Assembly: GCF_004010195.1 (NCBI RefSeq)
Contig: NC_057720.1
Location: 15,640,430-15,660,783, forward strand
Reading direction: 5' to 3'
From: Chiloscyllium plagiosum
Taxonomy: Eukaryota
Length of the DNA: 20,354 bases
A program made the position numbers and the translations under genes. The notes below the pieces were generated by a model that saw only the letters and a program-made list of their open reading frames with translations, did no database searches and had not been told where the DNA came from. Below are positions 19,815 through 20,354 of the stretch, piece after piece; positions within the stretch are counted from its first letter, which is position 1; every line of letters begins with the position of its first letter.

Positions 19815-20354
19815 TTAAGGACAAAAGGGTAACTAGGGAGAGAATAGGGCCCCTCAAAGATCAACTAGGAGAAAGTGAGGACTGCAGAAGCTGGAGATCA
19901 GAGCTGAAAAATGTGTTACTGGAAAAGCGCAACGGGTCAGGCAGCACCCAAGGAGCAGGAGAATCGATGTTTCGGGCATAAGCATTAGGAAGGTCTTATG
20001 CCCGAAGCGTTGATTCTCCTGCTCCTTGGATGCTACCTGACTTGCTGTGCTTTTCCAGCAACACATTTTTCAGCCCTCAAAGATCAGCAAAGCAGCCTTT
20101 GTGTGGAGCCACAGAAAATGGGGGAGATACTAAATGAATATTTTGCATCAGTATTTACTGTGGAAAAGGCTATGGAAGATATATAGACTGTAGGGCAATA
20201 GATGGTGACATCTTGCAAAATGTCCAGATTACAGAGTGCTGGATGTCTTGAAACGGTTAAAAGTGAATAAATCCCCAGGACCTGACCCGAGAACTCTGTG
20301 GGAAGCTAGAGGAGTGATTGCTGGGCCTCTTGCTGAGATATTTGTATCATCGAT
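19815..20354 (+). mobile_element. CR1 ORF2 internal fragment (APE-RT linker), interrupted by a PLE palindrome
   Basis: KRVTRERIGPLKDQ / LKDQQSSLCVEPQKMGEILNEYFASVFTVE...KVNKSPGPD; homologous to ~14060-14250. Confidence 0.92.
19864..20073. mobile_element. Palindromic Penelope-derived insertion with 13-bp TSD
   Basis: Arms 19903-19982 and 19995-20074. CCCTCAAAGATCA occurs at 19851-19863 and 20074-20086. Confidence 0.92.

Overview
Repeat-dense vertebrate genomic DNA, most likely from a shark or other elasmobranch (inferred from HE1-type V-SINEs, SacSINE1-like DeuSINEs and CR1/HER1-type LINE tails); probably intronic or intergenic. No intact protein-coding gene is present. Contents: a decayed PIF/Harbinger transposase (minus strand, window start); a ~3.4 kb 19-bp minisatellite split by two CR1 insertions; four HE1 SINEs; two DeuSINE relics; many CR1 fragments including one large deleted near-full-length copy; a Tx1 3' fragment; a Rex1/Babar 3' fragment; a 40-bp minisatellite next to a 479-N gap; and six Penelope-like element (PLE) remnants. 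Most PLE remnants are arranged as palindromes, and several carry minimal hammerhead-ribozyme cores. A unique stretch at ~15.3-17.0 kb contains one plausible but unidentified coding exon. I found no evidence for a new multi-gene system. The most notable items are the palindromic ribozyme-bearing PLE insertions with target-site duplications (TSDs), a four-element nested transposon stack and the candidate exon. All family assignments come from recalled motifs, not database searches.
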